From positions 1-55,664 of the IMG/VR virus record IMGVR_UViG_3300020020_000035: a DNA stretch of 55,664 nt; one strand, written 5' to 3'. Every line of letters starts with the position of its first letter. The first letter of the stretch is position 1. A program made the position numbers and the translations under genes. This document shows, piece after piece, positions 52,881 through 55,664 of this stretch. This stretch comes from a virus. Taxonomy: Duplodnaviria; Caudoviricetes. The notes below the pieces were generated by a model. The model was not told where the DNA came from. It was given only the letters and a program-made list of their open reading frames with translations, and ran no database searches.

Positions 52881-54875
52881 CTACGCCGCTTCGAAGTAGG
52901 AACGCTCTCGCTCGATCAGGTCGAAGAACTCGAGCCAGTTCACCGCCTCAAGCTCCAGCTGCGCCACGCAAACGTCCTGCGCGACGATGTCGAGCGCGGC
53001 GTTGTTGTAGACGAGCAAATCCCAGAGCTCGTTGTTCGAGCCGGAGGGGCGGTGCCACTCGTGACCGATCCGCTTGCGCGTCCCGGCTTCGATCTTCTCG
53101 CGTCGGATCTCGACAGTGAGTTCCTTCAGCTGCTCGTCGGTCGCGTTCCCCGGCGCGTTGAAGTGACCCGTCGGCTGCTCGCCGATACCCTTCCACTCGC
53201 GCTTCAGGGCGGCGCTCCATCGGTCCTTGTAGAGGTCGACCGTGATGCCGTACGCCGTCGTCCCCATCGACGTTTCGATGTTCGACCACTCCTTGAGTCG
53301 GGCCCCCTTCATGGGAGCCGGCAGGCCCTTCGACGGAAAAACGCCAGACCCGTAGCTCTCACAGAACCGATAGACGTGGTCCGCGCGATAGCCGGAGTCG
53401 ATGAGCGTCAGCTGGATCTTGTACCGCTTTCCGTCGTCGGCGACGTAGAGCTCTGGGTCCTCGATGAGCTTCCGGAGCTCTCCCCACGTGGCCGCGTCGT
53501 CAAGCTGCTCGGTGTCTCCGGCAAGGCGCCGGTAGTCGAGCAGGAAGGCTCGCCGGTCCCGCGCCCAGCCGAAGACGGCCACCGCGAGGTTGTCTCCGTG
53601 CACGTCGACCGCGCACGTGACGAGGAGGATCGGGCTCCCGCACACCTCCTTCGCGAAGGCGTTCGGGACCTGACCAAACAGGTAGTCGTGCCGGCGGTGC
53701 CCCGAGACGGCCTCGAATCGGACCTTCTCGCCCCGGATCTGGAACGGCTCGCCGAGGACGTTGTTGTAGAAGACCTGGAGCGCCGCGTTGTCGCGCGAGC
53801 GACCCTGCTCGGGGTCCCAGGCCTCGAGCCACTTCTCGACGCAGCCGGCCCACGTCTGCATGCCCACGGGGGAGTACAGGGCGGACAGGTGGTAGGAGCG
53901 GTGGCGCGGGTTCGACGGCTTCGCGGTCGGGCGCCACTCGCCCTGAGCCAGGAGGCGCGTCTTGTCGTCGTTGACGTGCGCGTGCCCGCAGCCCGGGACC
54001 TTGCACAGGTACCGCACCGAGTCGTGGACGAGACGCCCGTTCTCGGTCTCCCAGACGATGCCGGTGCGCTCACCGGTCTCCCGGTTGAAGCGCTCCCATC
54101 GGAGCCGCTGCGGCGTCCCACAGGAGAGGCACGAGACGTAGAAGTATCGCTGGTCCCCTTGCAGGAACAGCTGGGAGATCTTCGACTGCCCGACGATGGT
54201 CGGCGTCGAGATGTTCAGGATCTTGCGGCTGCCCTCGTAGGCCGCCGTGCGGTCCCGGACGAGCTTCAGCGGATCGCCGTCCTTGCCGACCAGGTACGGC
54301 CAGCCGTCGATCTCGTCGTTCAGGAGCACCTGAATCGAGAGCGACCGAAGCTTGTTCGCGTTCTGAGCGCCGAACGGGACGAGGTAGCCGCCACCGGCCC
54401 ACTCGATCTTCTTGTCGGTGCGGCCGGTCTTGCGGGCGTTCTTCTCGTCCGCGGACTTGATGAGATGCTCGAGCCCGGAGTGCTGGAGCATCGGGACGAT
54501 GTTCGACTCAAGCCTGAGCTTCGCGAGCTCGGCGTCTGCCGTGACCATCATCATCGGCGCGGTCTTGATGTGGTCGATCTCGTAGCCGACGACGTTCTCC
54601 AAAACGCCGACGGTGAAACCGAGCTGCGCGCCCTTTTGCGCCGTGACCTCGCTGATCGGCGAGGCCGCGTGGAAGCAGTCCAGGATCTCCCGGAGGTACG
54701 GGGTGACGTCGAAGCTGTAGTAGCCGGGGAGGGCGGTAAGCGCGGGCGGGAGATACCGCCGGGACTCCGCCCACTCGGACGGCGTCAGCGACTTGGCCGC
54801 GACCGTGACCTCGTCGATGGCGCCGGCGAGCCAGCGGCGCTGGTCGACCTCGAAGGCCGTGAGGGCCTGCGTCAT
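52881..54875 (-). CDS. terL: Terminase large subunit (lambda gpA family)
   Basis: KGAQLGFT, LLNDEID, ISTPT, GDQRYFYVSC, FYNNVLGEP, AVDVH, IDSG, NELWD. Confidence 0.95.
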   Translation of the reverse strand: MTQALTAFEVDQRRWLAGAIDEVTVAAKSLTPSEWAESRRYLPPALTALPGYYSFDVTPYLREILDCFHAASPISEVTAQKGAQLGFTVGVLENVVGYEIDHIKTAPMMMVTADAELAKLRLESNIVPMLQHSGLEHLIKSADEKNARKTGRTDKKIEWAGGGYLVPFGAQNANKLRSLSIQVLLNDEIDGWPYLVGKDGDPLKLVRDRTAAYEGSRKILNISTPTIVGQSKISQLFLQGDQRYFYVSCLSCGTPQRLRWERFNRETGERTGIVWETENGRLVHDSVRYLCKVPGCGHAHVNDDKTRLLAQGEWRPTAKPSNPRHRSYHLSALYSPVGMQTWAGCVEKWLEAWDPEQGRSRDNAALQVFYNNVLGEPFQIRGEKVRFEAVSGHRRHDYLFGQVPNAFAKEVCGSPILLVTCAVDVHGDNLAVAVFGWARDRRAFLLDYRRLAGDTEQLDDAATWGELRKLIEDPELYVADDGKRYKIQLTLIDSGYRADHVYRFCESYGSGVFPSKGLPAPMKGARLKEWSNIETSMGTTAYGITVDLYKDRWSAALKREWKGIGEQPTGHFNAPGNATDEQLKELTVEIRREKIEAGTRKRIGHEWHRPSGSNNELWDLLVYNNAALDIVAQDVCVAQLELEAVNWLEFFDLIERERSYFEAA

Positions 54876-55546
54876 ATGCCTTCCTCGAGGAGCCGGACAG
54901 CGTTCTTCTTCACGGGCCCGAGGTGCGACTCGATGACCTCGCGGACGGATTCCTCGGACGCCTCGACGGACTCTCCCGCTTTCGACGCGGCGAGCAGGCG
55001 GCGGGCGATGGTCTTCGGAGCGTCGTCGATCAGCCGGCGGTTGCCGGCGTCGATGAGCCCGAGGACGTGCGTTTTGACGAGGTCGCGGCTCACGAGACGC
55101 CCCTGGCGCTCCTCGTTGGCGAGCCGCTTCTCGACGATGGCCTCGATGTCCTTCAGCGACTGCAGCCAGTCGCGGAAACGGCGGTCGGTGCCGAACCGCT
55201 CGACCAGTGGCCGCAGGAGATCCGCGTAGGCATCGAGCTCCGCCGTGGGAGCCGGAGCCTCCTCGACGAGGGGAACCGGGCGGACCTCGGGCGGAGCCGG
55301 CGGCGCCTTTCGGGCGGCTCTAGCCTTGGGCGTCGGAGCGGCAGGCGTAGACTTGGGCGCTTTTGGCGCGGGCGTCGGAGAGCGGTCGGAGCGGGCAAGC
55401 CACGCCCTGACGAGCGGATGGTTGGCGTCGACCCGATCCCCGTGGCACGCGGCCGCTCCCTTGCCCTGGAGGAACAAGGTGACCGCCGCACGAGACACGG
55501 AGCGCCGCCGTGCCAGGTCGGCACGCGAGATGAGTTTTTGGGCCAT
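54872..55546 (-). CDS. terS: Terminase small subunit
   Basis: N-terminal HTH (ISRADLARRRSVSRAAV), GRLVSRD; coupled to terL. Confidence 0.8.
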   Translation of the reverse strand: MAQKLISRADLARRRSVSRAAVTLFLQGKGAAACHGDRVDANHPLVRAWLARSDRSPTPAPKAPKSTPAAPTPKARAARKAPPAPPEVRPVPLVEEAPAPTAELDAYADLLRPLVERFGTDRRFRDWLQSLKDIEAIVEKRLANEERQGRLVSRDLVKTHVLGLIDAGNRRLIDDAPKTIARRLLAASKAGESVEASEESVREVIESHLGPVKKNAVRLLEEGI

Positions 55547-55664
55547 TGCAGCGGGCCCGGAAAGGCCCTGCGGCGCCGCCTGCTCCTAACGAGCGGGGCG
55601 CTTAACGCTTAACAGCGGTCGGGAGATCACTCTTTGCTCGAGGGCCGCGGGTCGCAACCAACAG

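Larger units (their letters stand above)
1..55664. mobile_element. Temperate tailed phage genome (lambda-like head, Mu-like contractile tail), probably incomplete
   Basis: Integrase/xis, repressor region, recombination genes, lysis, tail, head and terminase genes in phage order; no host housekeeping genes seen. Confidence 0.95.

Noticed and set aside
42268-55229. Long plus-strand ORFs (42268-43548, 46485-47972, 49293-51080, 52743-55229)
   Set aside because: Antisense shadows of clear structural genes, typical of high-GC codon usage
1-55664. Window as a complete circular genome
   Set aside because: No terminal repeat seen, the left ORF is open at the edge, and replication genes are missing; closure cannot be shown

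Overview
The window is almost entirely one GC-rich temperate tailed-phage genome, apparently in its unintegrated form, and it is probably incomplete because an ORF runs off the left edge and no replication module is visible. From left to right: (1) a leftward Cro-side operon (HTH genes, small membrane proteins, xis, tyrosine integrase, a candidate attP, an HNH-type gene, a lysozyme-like gene); (2) an immunity region bracketed by two inverted 36-bp double-operator elements; (3) a ~15 kb rightward early operon (PD-(D/E)XK exonuclease, Sak4-like ATPase, SSB-like gene, HNH genes, many small modular genes); (4) a ~34 kb leftward late operon joining a lambda-type head module to a Mu-type contractile tail, with several fibre/receptor-binding genes and an M15 endolysin. 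Two lipoprotein genes suggest a myxobacterial (Polyangiales-like) host; this is an inference. I saw no tRNA, rRNA, CRISPR array or reverse transcriptase. The strongest leads are: a 78-codon tract using only GCC/TAC/GAC; single genes flanked by exact gene-boundary direct repeats; an acidic C-terminal peptide shared by two unrelated tail proteins; a cloverleaf-like intergenic RNA; an attP inside an operon; and host-style lipoproteins inserted antisense in the baseplate cluster. All family assignments come from recognising motifs by eye, not from database searches.
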